A stretch of 64,000 bases of DNA from positions 23,121 to 87,120 of IMG/VR virus record IMGVR_UViG_3300037840_000333. One strand, written 5' to 3'. Shown here one piece after another: positions 53,206 through 61,146 of the stretch; within the stretch, counting starts at the first letter, position 1, and each line of letters starts with the position of its first letter. The DNA is from a virus. A model generated the notes under the pieces. That model made no database searches, was not told where the DNA came from, and saw only the letters and a program-made list of their open reading frames with translations. Position numbers and translations under genes: made by a program.

Positions 53206-53727
53206 CTAGAAGCCGGGACCGCCCACAGACGCCGAGCCGGTGCTCGGGCTGCAGTCCTCGTAGTAGTAGACGAACGGGTTGCCGCCTGAATCGAAGCAGG
53301 GCATGTTCTCCGTGCCGAACAGATTGACGTACTGCGTGCCGTAGATGAACGCCGCCCCGGTGGTGCCAGGGAACACGCCCGATCCCATCTGCGTCGTGCT
53401 GTTCCCGGCTGAGCTGCCTGCTACCTCAGCGTAGATCTGGACTGAGGGGGTGTAGGTGAACGACGACGTGAAGGTCGATTGCGGCCAATAGCCGATGGCG
53501 GTCCCGTTGTAGGTGAGCATCCACAGGGAGCCATATTCGACAATGCCGTACTGTGCGGTTGTCCCTGGCGTCACCACACTGCCCACTTGCATCCCGGTGC
53601 CGAGCGGGACGTAGTTTGAGCAGTTGCCACCGGGTGGACCGTTCGCATCGCAGCCGCCGCCGTTGCCGAAGTCTTGCGCCGAGAACAGGTGGGCGTTCGT
53701 GTCTCCGTAGTAGCTCGGCGCCGCCGG
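53206..53727 (-). pseudogene. 5'-truncated neprosin-like glutamic peptidase domain
   Basis: Frame upstream of ATG 53592 reads PSYYGDTNAHLF; IGYWPQSTF; YAEV..TQMGSGVFP; blocked by TGA at 53728-53730. Confidence 0.65.
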
Positions 53728-53774
53728 TCAGGGGCAACTCCTGCTGCTCCATGCTTGCTGATGCTAGCAGCCAG

Positions 53775-55433
53775 CTAACGCATGTCCTCGGGGCGCACCC
53801 GCCGGCCGCCAAGCTGCTCGCTGATGATCCGGCCCTGCCTCGTGCTCGGGGGGATGCTGCCCACCCGGGGGCGGCTGGTCTGGCTGCTCCGCTCGACCTT
53901 TTGCTTCGGGATCCGGCCGTCGGCGACCTCGACCTTGCCGGTGCCGGCGTTCGCTCCCAGCAGCAGGTCGGTGGCGGCGAACACCACGGCATCGAGTCGG
54001 TCCGGGCTCCACGTGCTCGGCTCCTCGCCCTCGGCGCCGGCGGTGTACTCGGGGTCGCCCGGGTCGCCGGCGTCGTCGTGCTCGGGTGGCACCCAGTTCG
54101 TGAGCTGGAACTCCAACTGCGCCAGGTGGCCGACGTGGTGGACCTTGCCCTGCTCGTAGAGCTGGTGGACGGGCTCGGCCCGAAGGCGCTTGCCCTTGCT
54201 GGCGAACACCAGCCCGAACGGGATGCGGATGCCGAGCTCTCGGCTGGTCGAGCGCATCACCAGGCGCACCTGCTCGGCCTGGAAGTTGCCCTCCCCCACC
54301 ACCCGCTCGCTCCGCCGGCCGTAGTACTCCCGGGGCTCGGGGGGCACGTAGTTGCCATCCTCGTCCCGCTGGTGCAGGTCGTCGTGGGTCGGCATGTAGC
54401 CGAGGGCAGCGAGCTGGCCCCACTCCATCGGCGTCACCCGCCGGCTGAGGTCCGCCAGCACGTACACGTGGCGGTGCCGGCTGATGCCGGCGACGATGAT
54501 GCCGCACTCGTCGTGGGTCGTGCCCCAACTCGGGTCCACGTAGGTCCGCACCCGCAGCAGCGCGGGTACCTCCTCGGCGCTCACCCGGTGCTGCTCGATC
54601 AGCTCCTGAGCCCACAGGGCGCCGGTGACCTCCTCGAGGATCAGCCCTTTCAGCTCTTGCAGCCCGAGTCGGGTGTTGCCGTACTGCTCGTAGAGCTGGT
54701 GGCGGATCTCCTCGGGCAGGTACGGATTGTCGTCGGTCTCGGCCGTGCTCAGGCAGACGATGCTGCTCGTGCTGAGCTTCCTGATCGTTGGCCGGGGCCT
54801 CGGCGTCGTGGCGCCTACCCAGCGCGGGTGGGGGCCGCTGCGGAGCCCGAGGTCGGCCTGGGCCACGCCCTCACGCAGGTAGCGCCAGGCGGCCAGCTCC
54901 TCCCGCACGTCGAAGCAGCGGTTCCCCTTGGCTCGCAGGCGGTCCACGTCGGACAGGGTGTGGACGCCGAACAGGAAGGCGAAGGCGCCGTTCGGCCATT
55001 TGGCGACGGTGCCGCCTTTCTGCGTGACCTCCTTCACGTCCGGGTTGATCGTCACCAGCCCGTCCACGCCGTGCACGATGGAGGCGCTGGCGTCGCCGAA
55101 GGTCGGGGCGATGATGCCCATGCGGTGGGGCACTCGGCCGGGGAAGCACGCCGGGCCGTTCGCGTGCTCGTCCATGGCGTGACACACGGCCGCTGTCTTG
55201 CCGACGCCTCGCCCGCCCATCAGGAGCCACCCGTGCCACCGCTCCTCGATGTTCGGATGCCGCTGGTGGGGTAGTGGCTCCCACGGCGGCCTGGGCGGTT
55301 CTAGGGCCTCGATGCGCTCCCACAGCGCCTCGCGCTCCGCCGGCGGGTAGCTCTCGACCAGCGCCACGATCTGCTCGGGCGTGACGTCATCGCCGAGCAT
55401 CCATTCCAGGTCGTCCTCGGCCGCGAGCGCCAC
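53775..55433 (-). CDS. terL: Terminase large subunit
   Basis: GGRGVGKT Walker A, EELAAW, TTPR, DNPYL, YVDP, GKRLRAEP, SPDRLDA. Confidence 0.95.
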   Translation of the reverse strand: MALAAEDDLEWMLGDDVTPEQIVALVESYPPAEREALWERIEALEPPRPPWEPLPHQRHPNIEERWHGWLLMGGRGVGKTAAVCHAMDEHANGPACFPGRVPHRMGIIAPTFGDASASIVHGVDGLVTINPDVKEVTQKGGTVAKWPNGAFAFLFGVHTLSDVDRLRAKGNRCFDVREELAAWRYLREGVAQADLGLRSGPHPRWVGATTPRPRPTIRKLSTSSIVCLSTAETDDNPYLPEEIRHQLYEQYGNTRLGLQELKGLILEEVTGALWAQELIEQHRVSAEEVPALLRVRTYVDPSWGTTHDECGIIVAGISRHRHVYVLADLSRRVTPMEWGQLAALGYMPTHDDLHQRDEDGNYVPPEPREYYGRRSERVVGEGNFQAEQVRLVMRSTSRELGIRIPFGLVFASKGKRLRAEPVHQLYEQGKVHHVGHLAQLEFQLTNWVPPEHDDAGDPGDPEYTAGAEGEEPSTWSPDRLDAVVFAATDLLLGANAGTGKVEVADGRIPKQKVERSSQTSRPRVGSIPPSTRQGRIISEQLGGRRVRPEDMR

Positions 55434-55477
55434 GGCCGGATGCTAGGCGCGCCCGGACCTCGTTGAGGCTACCCGGG

Positions 55478-55589
55478 GGCGAGACGCCTGGGCCGTGGTG
55501 TTGTGCGCTCTCAGAGCACCCCGTTCGCCGCTCACGCCTTCACCGTTCCGTATCCGCGGCCGTCGGGTCAACTGCGTGGACGTCTCGGG
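55478..55589 (-). ncRNA. Candidate structured ncRNA B (~110 nt)
   Basis: -10 TAGCGT 55595-55600; ends pair (55480-55486/55581-55587); inner stem 55491-55498/55554-55561; terL has a separate -10. Confidence 0.5.
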
Positions 55590-55611
55590 TGCGAACGCTA
55601 GCGCCTATCGG

Positions 55612-56085
55612 CTAGCCGCGCTCGTCGTAGTGCAACAGCACCGCCTCGCTCACCGGCTTGCGCTTCCGGCGGATGACGACGCGCCGGCTCAGCTCCGCCG
55701 CGAGGGCGGATCGAGCAGCGAAGGCGCGCCGGCGATACAGGGATACCTGGCGCTGCAGGTCACGTGTCCGGGCGGCCAAGCCCTCTAACTCCTCCGCCCG
55801 CCGGCGGTAGCGGTCCGTCTCCCAACTGTGGCCGCCGCGGTGGTTCGGCGGTCGGTCGCACTGCTCCCGGCGAGGGCTCGTGGTCGGGCACGCCTCGCGC
55901 CGGGCGAACGTGGTGATGGTGGCTCTCTGCTCCAACTCCTTGGCCAGATCGGTGAGCACGTCGGCCCACGCCAGCATGGCGACGTCCTCGTCCTCGCCGG
56001 CTCGCTGGGCGATGGAGTCTGCGATCCACGTCAGGCGCTCGCTCGGGGGCCAGTGCTCAAACGGGTCGCCGCGCTCAGCCGGCAT
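55612..56085 (-). CDS. Hypothetical protein with C..C...H.G.H motif and coiled coil
   Basis: CPTT..CDRPPNHRGGH. Confidence 0.6.
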   Translation of the reverse strand: MPAERGDPFEHWPPSERLTWIADSIAQRAGEDEDVAMLAWADVLTDLAKELEQRATITTFARREACPTTSPRREQCDRPPNHRGGHSWETDRYRRRAEELEGLAARTRDLQRQVSLYRRRAFAARSALAAELSRRVVIRRKRKPVSEAVLLHYDERG

Positions 56086-56443
56086 CGGCGTCTTCGCCCT
56101 GGGCCAGGTCTAGCTCGGTGAACTCGTAGGTGTTGAAGCGTCGGGCGTGCAGGTCCTCGGCGCTCAGCTCGTCCATGCCCGGTGGGATCGGGATCGGGCC
56201 CTCGTACAGGATCTTGCCGTCGTGCCTCGTGCAGGTCACCCAAATGTCGCCGGCCGGCGGCTGGTCGAGCGTCCGCAGCACCCGCTCGATGGTCGGGCTC
56301 AGCAACGGGTGCGGGCGTATCTCCCAACACGCCGGGCGCTGGCACCGCCTCGTCCCTTGGTGGTCGGTGTGCCAGCGGTGCAGCCCGAGCCGGCAGCGCA
56401 GCGGTCTCGGTGGCATGGCCCACGCCTTGTGCCGTCGCCTCAT
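56075..56443 (-). CDS. Hypothetical protein
   Basis: LRCRLGLHRW..CQRPAC; ATGA overlap. Confidence 0.55.
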   Translation of the reverse strand: MRRRHKAWAMPPRPLRCRLGLHRWHTDHQGTRRCQRPACWEIRPHPLLSPTIERVLRTLDQPPAGDIWVTCTRHDGKILYEGPIPIPPGMDELSAEDLHARRFNTYEFTELDLAQGEDADAG

Positions 56444-56649
56444 GCCGACTCCCTGGTCCTCCTGGCCGGGCGGAGGTTGCCCGTGAGGGCGCTCTGCTCC
56501 CATCCGGCGCTCTCCGCCAAGTGAAGCAGGTTCGGCGGCTCCTGGGCATCTATGGGGCTCGTGAGGACCAATGCCTCGTCGCCGGTCTCTAGGTTCCGGG
56601 CGTGTAGCACGGTCGTCGGGCGCGCCGTGGCCTGGCTGACGCGTGTCAT
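56440..56649 (-). CDS. Hypothetical protein
   Basis: MTRVSQ; ATGA overlaps. Confidence 0.45.
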   Translation of the reverse strand: MTRVSQATARPTTVLHARNLETGDEALVLTSPIDAQEPPNLLHLAESAGWEQSALTGNLRPARRTRESA

Positions 56650-56945
56650 TCTCGCTCGGCCCAGCGCGGACGTCGGGGCGGATGCGGGTCGCCGGCGTGG
56701 ATGGCCTCCCAAAGATCCGGCGCCACCGTTGCGGCCCAGCCGATGGCTTGGCCTGGCTTGACGACCCTCACGGTGTCGGCCGTGATCCGGTCGGCCGTAA
56801 TGGCCAGCTCGGCTATGACGAAACGGTTGCCCTCGTATTGAAACCGAGTCCTGGCGCGCACGGGCTCGCCGTGCTTGTCCCACCACGTGAACGTCGCCCA
56901 GCCGCCGGTCTCCATCTCCGCCAGACACGCACGGGCGACGGTCAT
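56646..56945 (-). CDS. Hypothetical protein
   Basis: MTVARACL; ATGA overlaps. Confidence 0.5.
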   Translation of the reverse strand: MTVARACLAEMETGGWATFTWWDKHGEPVRARTRFQYEGNRFVIAELAITADRITADTVRVVKPGQAIGWAATVAPDLWEAIHAGDPHPPRRPRWAERE

Positions 56946-57424
56946 GCCGTCGCCTCCTCGGGCACACTTAGCTCGTACAGCGCGGTCCACCCGCCCTCGC
57001 GCAGCTCGGCCCGGGTCAGGCCGTCGTGGCGCCACTCGTGGCCCGTGGTCATGCCGGCGGTCACATGGGGGCGATAGAAGGCGACGCGCTTCAGCGTCAC
57101 GTTCTGCATGCCTGGGAACGGGTCCTCGTAGGTCTCGTCCTGCTCGGGGTCCTCTTGGAAATGCTGGCGGAACTCCTCGTCGCCGAACACCTGCCACACC
57201 CACAATCTGCCGCTCCCACCGTCGCTCGGCTCCCGCCGCACGATCCACGCTCCCTTCGGCACGGCCAGGCTGGCGCCGGCCGTCATCAGCATCACGCCGA
57301 GGTCGTCGCTCTCGTCTCGGACCACGGGCGCGCCCCAGGCTTGCAGCTCCTCGTACTTGACCTCGCCGTAGGGGCCTTCCCAATGCCTGGCTTCGACGGG
57401 TATGGCCTTCGTGCTGTATCTCAC
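56942..57424 (-). CDS. Hypothetical phage protein
   Basis: RYSTKAIPVEARHW..GAWIVR..EEFRQHF; SD GAGGAG. Confidence 0.65.
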   Translation of the reverse strand: MRYSTKAIPVEARHWEGPYGEVKYEELQAWGAPVVRDESDDLGVMLMTAGASLAVPKGAWIVRREPSDGGSGRLWVWQVFGDEEFRQHFQEDPEQDETYEDPFPGMQNVTLKRVAFYRPHVTAGMTTGHEWRHDGLTRAELREGGWTALYELSVPEEATA

Positions 57425-57456
57425 GCTGCGGTCTCCTCGCTCTGTACGCTTCCCCT

Positions 57457-57852
57457 GTGGCGCTCACTCCAATCACGATCACCTTCGGCACCGGCCTGGC
57501 GCCGGTGGTCAATCCCGACAGCTCGCTCGCCTCGGGGGCACTCACCTTCACGCTCATGCTGGCCGGCGTGCCGGTGACAATGCAGGACTCGGTCTCGGGC
57601 GAGCTGGTCCTGCCGTCGCCCATCGTGGCCGCCATCGACCAGGGCCAGCTCCTCTCCAACCCGGCCGGCGGTGCAGGGTACGAGCCGTTCACGCTGCTGG
57701 CGAACGACGATTCCACGACCCTGCCGGTCGGGACGTACTACAACGTCCACGAGGAGCTGGTCGCCGGCTCGCTGCCCGACTGGCCGTTCACCGTGCATCA
57801 CGCCTCCGCCGGCGGCGTCCAGTCCATCGCCTCGCAGCGTCCCGTGCCGTAA
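57457..57852 (+). CDS. Stand-alone ANDD-domain protein (paralogue of fibre N-termini)
   Basis: TPITIT..ASGALTFTL..LLANDDSTTLPVGTYYNVHE; leaderless TACGCT. Confidence 0.7.
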   Translation: MALTPITITFGTGLAPVVNPDSSLASGALTFTLMLAGVPVTMQDSVSGELVLPSPIVAAIDQGQLLSNPAGGAGYEPFTLLANDDSTTLPVGTYYNVHEELVAGSLPDWPFTVHHASAGGVQSIASQRPVP

Positions 57853-58256
57853 GCCGGGCACCGGGTCTGTAGCGCCGCCGTCAGCCTGCCAACCTCGCCC
57901 TCTAGCTCGGTCACCAGCTCGCGCAGCTCGGCGTTGCGGACGGTGATCTGCTGCGGGTCGCCGGCGCCGGCTTCGCCCACGCGCCACTCCCACACCGCTC
58001 CGCTCCCGCCTCGGCGTCGGCTCGCCACGTCATAGGCGCCGAACCTGGCCTTGCGGAGGTCTCGCAGCCGCGCCTGCACGCTCGGGGCCGGTGCGCCGGT
58101 CAGGATGGCGACCTCGCTGGCCGTGCGCCACCGACCGTCCTTCATGGCCTCGTAGACCTTGGCGAGCTGGCGGTTCATGCGCGGCTTGTCCTGGCCGGGG
58201 TCGTAGGTCTCGCCATCGAACTCGGGCTCGCCGTCGAACGGGAATGGCAGCGTCAT
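57798..58256 (-). CDS. Winged-HTH DNA-binding protein
   Basis: FDGETYDP, MKDGRWRT.SEV..TG...SVQARLRDLRKARFG. Confidence 0.75.
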   Translation of the reverse strand: MTLPFPFDGEPEFDGETYDPGQDKPRMNRQLAKVYEAMKDGRWRTASEVAILTGAPAPSVQARLRDLRKARFGAYDVASRRRGGSGAVWEWRVGEAGAGDPQQITVRNAELRELVTELEGEVGRLTAALQTRCPAYGTGRCEAMDWTPPAEA

Positions 58257-58504
58257 GGCCGGCCGTTCGCCGCAGCGGCGAGGCGCGCCTGGCGGGCCTG
58301 CTCCCTTACCTCGGCCCGGCTGGGCGGCTTCCTGAACGCCTTGGCCTTCCGCTTGCCGACCTTCGCCTCCAAGGTCAGCTCGACGGCCATTGCCATCCAC
58401 TCCGTCTTGTCCAGGTCGAGGCGCTCCATGTCCTTCTCGACGCGCCTCACGCGGTCGGGTGGGTGTCGGGTGCCAATGGTCTCGGCTGGCTCGCGGTCTC
58501 GCAT
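58253..58504 (-). CDS. Small basic protein
   Basis: Leaderless TAGCGT 7 nt before ATG. Confidence 0.55.
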   Translation of the reverse strand: MRDREPAETIGTRHPPDRVRRVEKDMERLDLDKTEWMAMAVELTLEAKVGKRKAKAFRKPPSRAEVREQARQARLAAAANGRP

Positions 58505-58543
58505 ACCGCTAACGCTAGCGCGTGGCGCCGGCGCGCTGCACGC

Positions 58544-59221
58544 TCACCCACCCTTCCCGCAGCCGGCGCCGTTGTTCCACGCACCCGGGCCGAACCCACC
58601 GTTCGCTGCGTAGATCTGCAGGGCCACCTGGGCCTGGGTGTCGGCGCTGTAGTCGCCGGGGACTCCGCTCATGCCGTAGCTCTGCCACGTACTCACCAGG
58701 ATGCCGTAGCCGCCGCTCGTGTCGCCGAAGTTGCCGCTGCTCTCGGGCTCGATCACGCAGCGGTACCAGTCGGCCGTGAACGCGTCGGTGGCGTCACTCC
58801 CGGTTGAAGTGGGGGTCGGCGGCGATGGTGGGGCCGTCGTCGGGGTGGGCGCCGGTGGCGGTGGCTCCGTCGTGGGCGTAGGCGTTACGGGCGCAGGTGC
58901 CGTAGTGGCCGGGGGTGCGGTGGCCGCACTCGGGGCAGTAGGCGGAGGCGCGGCCGAAGTGGGCGGTGAGGTCGCTGCCGTCGGTGTCGGTGGTGTCGGG
59001 AGGATCGGTGTACGGGTCAGCGGTTCCAGCGGCATCAAGAAGGCCGACGAGTCGGCGGAGTGCAATCGCCGAGCTAATCGCGCCGGCGTGACGCTCCGCG
59101 TAGCGGATGTGTCCTTCAAGCTCCTGGTCGATGTGGATGGTGGTGCTTTCCATTTTGCGGCTCCGAGGGTTGCGAATGCCAATAGGACGATCAGCCCTAT
59201 GCGGGCTGTTGTGCGGTACAT
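58544..59221 (-). CDS. Exported Rpf-like lytic transglycosylase
   Basis: Signal peptide, Pro/Thr linker, CVIEPESSGN..GYGI..STW..Q..A..W..C. Confidence 0.8.
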   Translation of the reverse strand: MYRTTARIGLIVLLAFATLGAAKWKAPPSTSTRSLKDTSATRSVTPARLARRLHSADSSAFLMPLEPLTRTPILPTPPTPTAATSPPTSAAPPPTAPSAATAPPATTAPAPVTPTPTTEPPPPAPTPTTAPPSPPTPTSTGSDATDAFTADWYRCVIEPESSGNFGDTSGGYGILVSTWQSYGMSGVPGDYSADTQAQVALQIYAANGGFGPGAWNNGAGCGKGG

Positions 59222-59392
59222 GAGATGGGGGCGTTTCCTTCGTTCGGTCGGCCGGGTGGTTCCGGCTCTCTGTCAGTTGGGGTGGACGCCCCGAATCGCA
59301 TGTAGGGCTGAGTCCGACTGGTGTATGCCTGGTCGGCCTTCGCGTGAACGCGGTCAGCTATGCACGGGGGGTGGGTGTCCGGGTGGCGGTGA

Positions 59393-59773
59393 TTAGCTCG
59401 TGGTCGGTCCTCCTCGGGTCGCCGTCAAGGTTAGGCGCTCTCGGCCGGGCTGGGGGCGCAACAAGTGGCGCGGCGGTGTCCTGGGGCCGATCCCTGGGCA
59501 GCGGCCGTCGAGGCAAGCCCTGCACGCCTCTGAGGTGCTTGCAGGGCTCATCTGGCAACCCCAACACGGGTGCTCGGCGCCGCTCAGCTCCATCGCCTGC
59601 CAGATCACCGCCAGCTCGTGCTGGTCGGGCAGGCCCCAGCGGAAGGTGACCCGTATCTGCAGTTCGGGGTCGTCTCGGTGCGGGCTCAGGCTGACGGTGG
59701 TCCGCTCGCCCAGCCCGACCTCGGCGAGAGCCTGGCGCACGCGCTCCGCCTGCTCCGCACTGGCTTGCTCCAT
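59393..59773 (-). CDS. Hypothetical Cys-containing protein
   Basis: CWGC..CRAC..C. Confidence 0.5.
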   Translation of the reverse strand: MEQASAEQAERVRQALAEVGLGERTTVSLSPHRDDPELQIRVTFRWGLPDQHELAVIWQAMELSGAEHPCWGCQMSPASTSEACRACLDGRCPGIGPRTPPRHLLRPQPGRERLTLTATRGGPTTS

Positions 59774-59777
59774 GCCG

Positions 59778-60137
59778 CTAGCCGCCGGTGCTCGCGCTCA
59801 GCGCCGCGGCGAGCTGGGCGTGGTCCTGGGCAATCTGCTGACGCACCCGGGCCGTAAAGGCCGCGGCCTGGGGCGTGCCGGCCTCCGGGCAATCGAGCTG
59901 GTGTACGAAGGACGGGTCAGGGTGGCACGGGCCCCAATAGGCGTTCCCGACGACCTGGCCGCCCGGCTGCACCTGCAGGTAGCCCTCCTGGGGGATGGCC
60001 GAGTCCTGGGCGAGCTGGGCCCGCCAGTGGGCAACCGCCGCCGTCTCGCCGGTGCTCGGCGGCGCTCCCTGGGTCGTCGCCAGCAGGAAGCCGGCGGTGA
60101 CCGGCAAGGTCACGAGGATCTTCCGCAGGTGTCTCAT
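59778..60137 (-). CDS. Exported small protein
   Basis: Signal peptide; leaderless TAGCGT. Confidence 0.6.
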   Translation of the reverse strand: MRHLRKILVTLPVTAGFLLATTQGAPPSTGETAAVAHWRAQLAQDSAIPQEGYLQVQPGGQVVGNAYWGPCHPDPSFVHQLDCPEAGTPQAAAFTARVRQQIAQDHAQLAAALSASTGG

Positions 60138-60174
60138 TCCGCTAACGCTAGCGGATGGCGCTCCGCCCGTCTAG

Positions 60175-60663
60175 CTATCCCGTGGGCAGCAGGAAGGCGA
60201 TGGCGGTGTAGCCGTCTCTCGGGTCGGGCCCGCTCGTCGGCCGGTTGTTGATGACGACGGCGCTCGGGTCCTCGGGGCTGTTGCCCTCGATGCTCTCAAA
60301 GCTGCCGGGGCTGGCGGCCAGCACGATCCCATCGTGGCCGGCCTCGCCGGGCGCCATGCCCGGAATGTTGAACTCGACCACGTCGCCGGGCTGGGGTACC
60401 GGGCTCGGGTCGGGGCGCAGGTAGTACGTGAAGGTCCCTGGGCCCGTCGCGTCCTGCCAGCCGGGGATCGTCGCCTCCCCGATGGCGTTGACGAACTTGT
60501 AGCACCAAAATCCGCCGGCGGCATAGGGCGGGTTCTGCCAGCCGACCTCGGCGTTGGCATAGCCGACGAAGTTGCCGGTGGGCGTGTCGGGCCACGGGTA
60601 GCAGGCGGTGGCGGCCAGTGCGAGACCGACCGCCACCACTCCTGCCGCTAGTCGTCGCCTCAC
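60175..60663 (-). CDS. CHAP-domain lipoprotein
   Basis: Lipobox ATAC; WCYKFV, PQPGDVV, GHDGIV, IEGNS. Confidence 0.8.
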   Translation of the reverse strand: MRRRLAAGVVAVGLALAATACYPWPDTPTGNFVGYANAEVGWQNPPYAAGGFWCYKFVNAIGEATIPGWQDATGPGTFTYYLRPDPSPVPQPGDVVEFNIPGMAPGEAGHDGIVLAASPGSFESIEGNSPEDPSAVVINNRPTSGPDPRDGYTAIAFLLPTG

Positions 60664-61101
60664 CTAGCAGGTGATGTACTTCGTGTTGCTGGCGATGAAG
60701 GCGCCGTTCCCGAACAACGACGCAGCCGCCAGCGTCCGGTAGTCCAGCGTGCCGCTCTGACAGTCGCCGTACCCGTACAGGTGGCCGCCGTCCTCGCTGT
60801 TGTTGCACGCCGCTCCGTCCACGCCCTGGTACGAGTCGTTGTACCAGCCGCCGAACACGTAGACCTGCACGCAGGAGTCATACAGAATCCAGCCCTGGTG
60901 CGGTGCCGGGCATTCGGTCGTGCCGAGCACGATGTAGTACCAGACGGGCGTGTCGGGGAAGACGTTGGAGCAGGTCAGGTCTGCGCCCGCCGGGCTCGCC
61001 GGGGCCGAGGCGACCGAGCCGGCGATAGCCAGCCCTCCCGCTCCGATCAGCCCGGCCACGCTGATAACGGCGACGGCCAGCCATCGCTTGATCTTTCTCA
61101 C
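60664..61101 (-). CDS. Exported Cys-rich protein
   Basis: Signal peptide ending AGA; 6 Cys; SD AGGGAGG. Confidence 0.7.
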   Translation of the reverse strand: MRKIKRWLAVAVISVAGLIGAGGLAIAGSVASAPASPAGADLTCSNVFPDTPVWYYIVLGTTECPAPHQGWILYDSCVQVYVFGGWYNDSYQGVDGAACNNSEDGGHLYGYGDCQSGTLDYRTLAAASLFGNGAFIASNTKYITC

Positions 61102-61146
61102 GGTGCTACCTCCCTTTTGGTGGTGGTGACCGTCAGCCTGTCACAT

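Noticed and set aside
59222-59392. Possible c-di-AMP (ydaO) riboswitch upstream of the Rpf-like gene
   Set aside because: Several short hairpins are present, but the GCUGAAUC, GGGGUGAAUC and CCCGUCAGCUAAC hallmarks are absent
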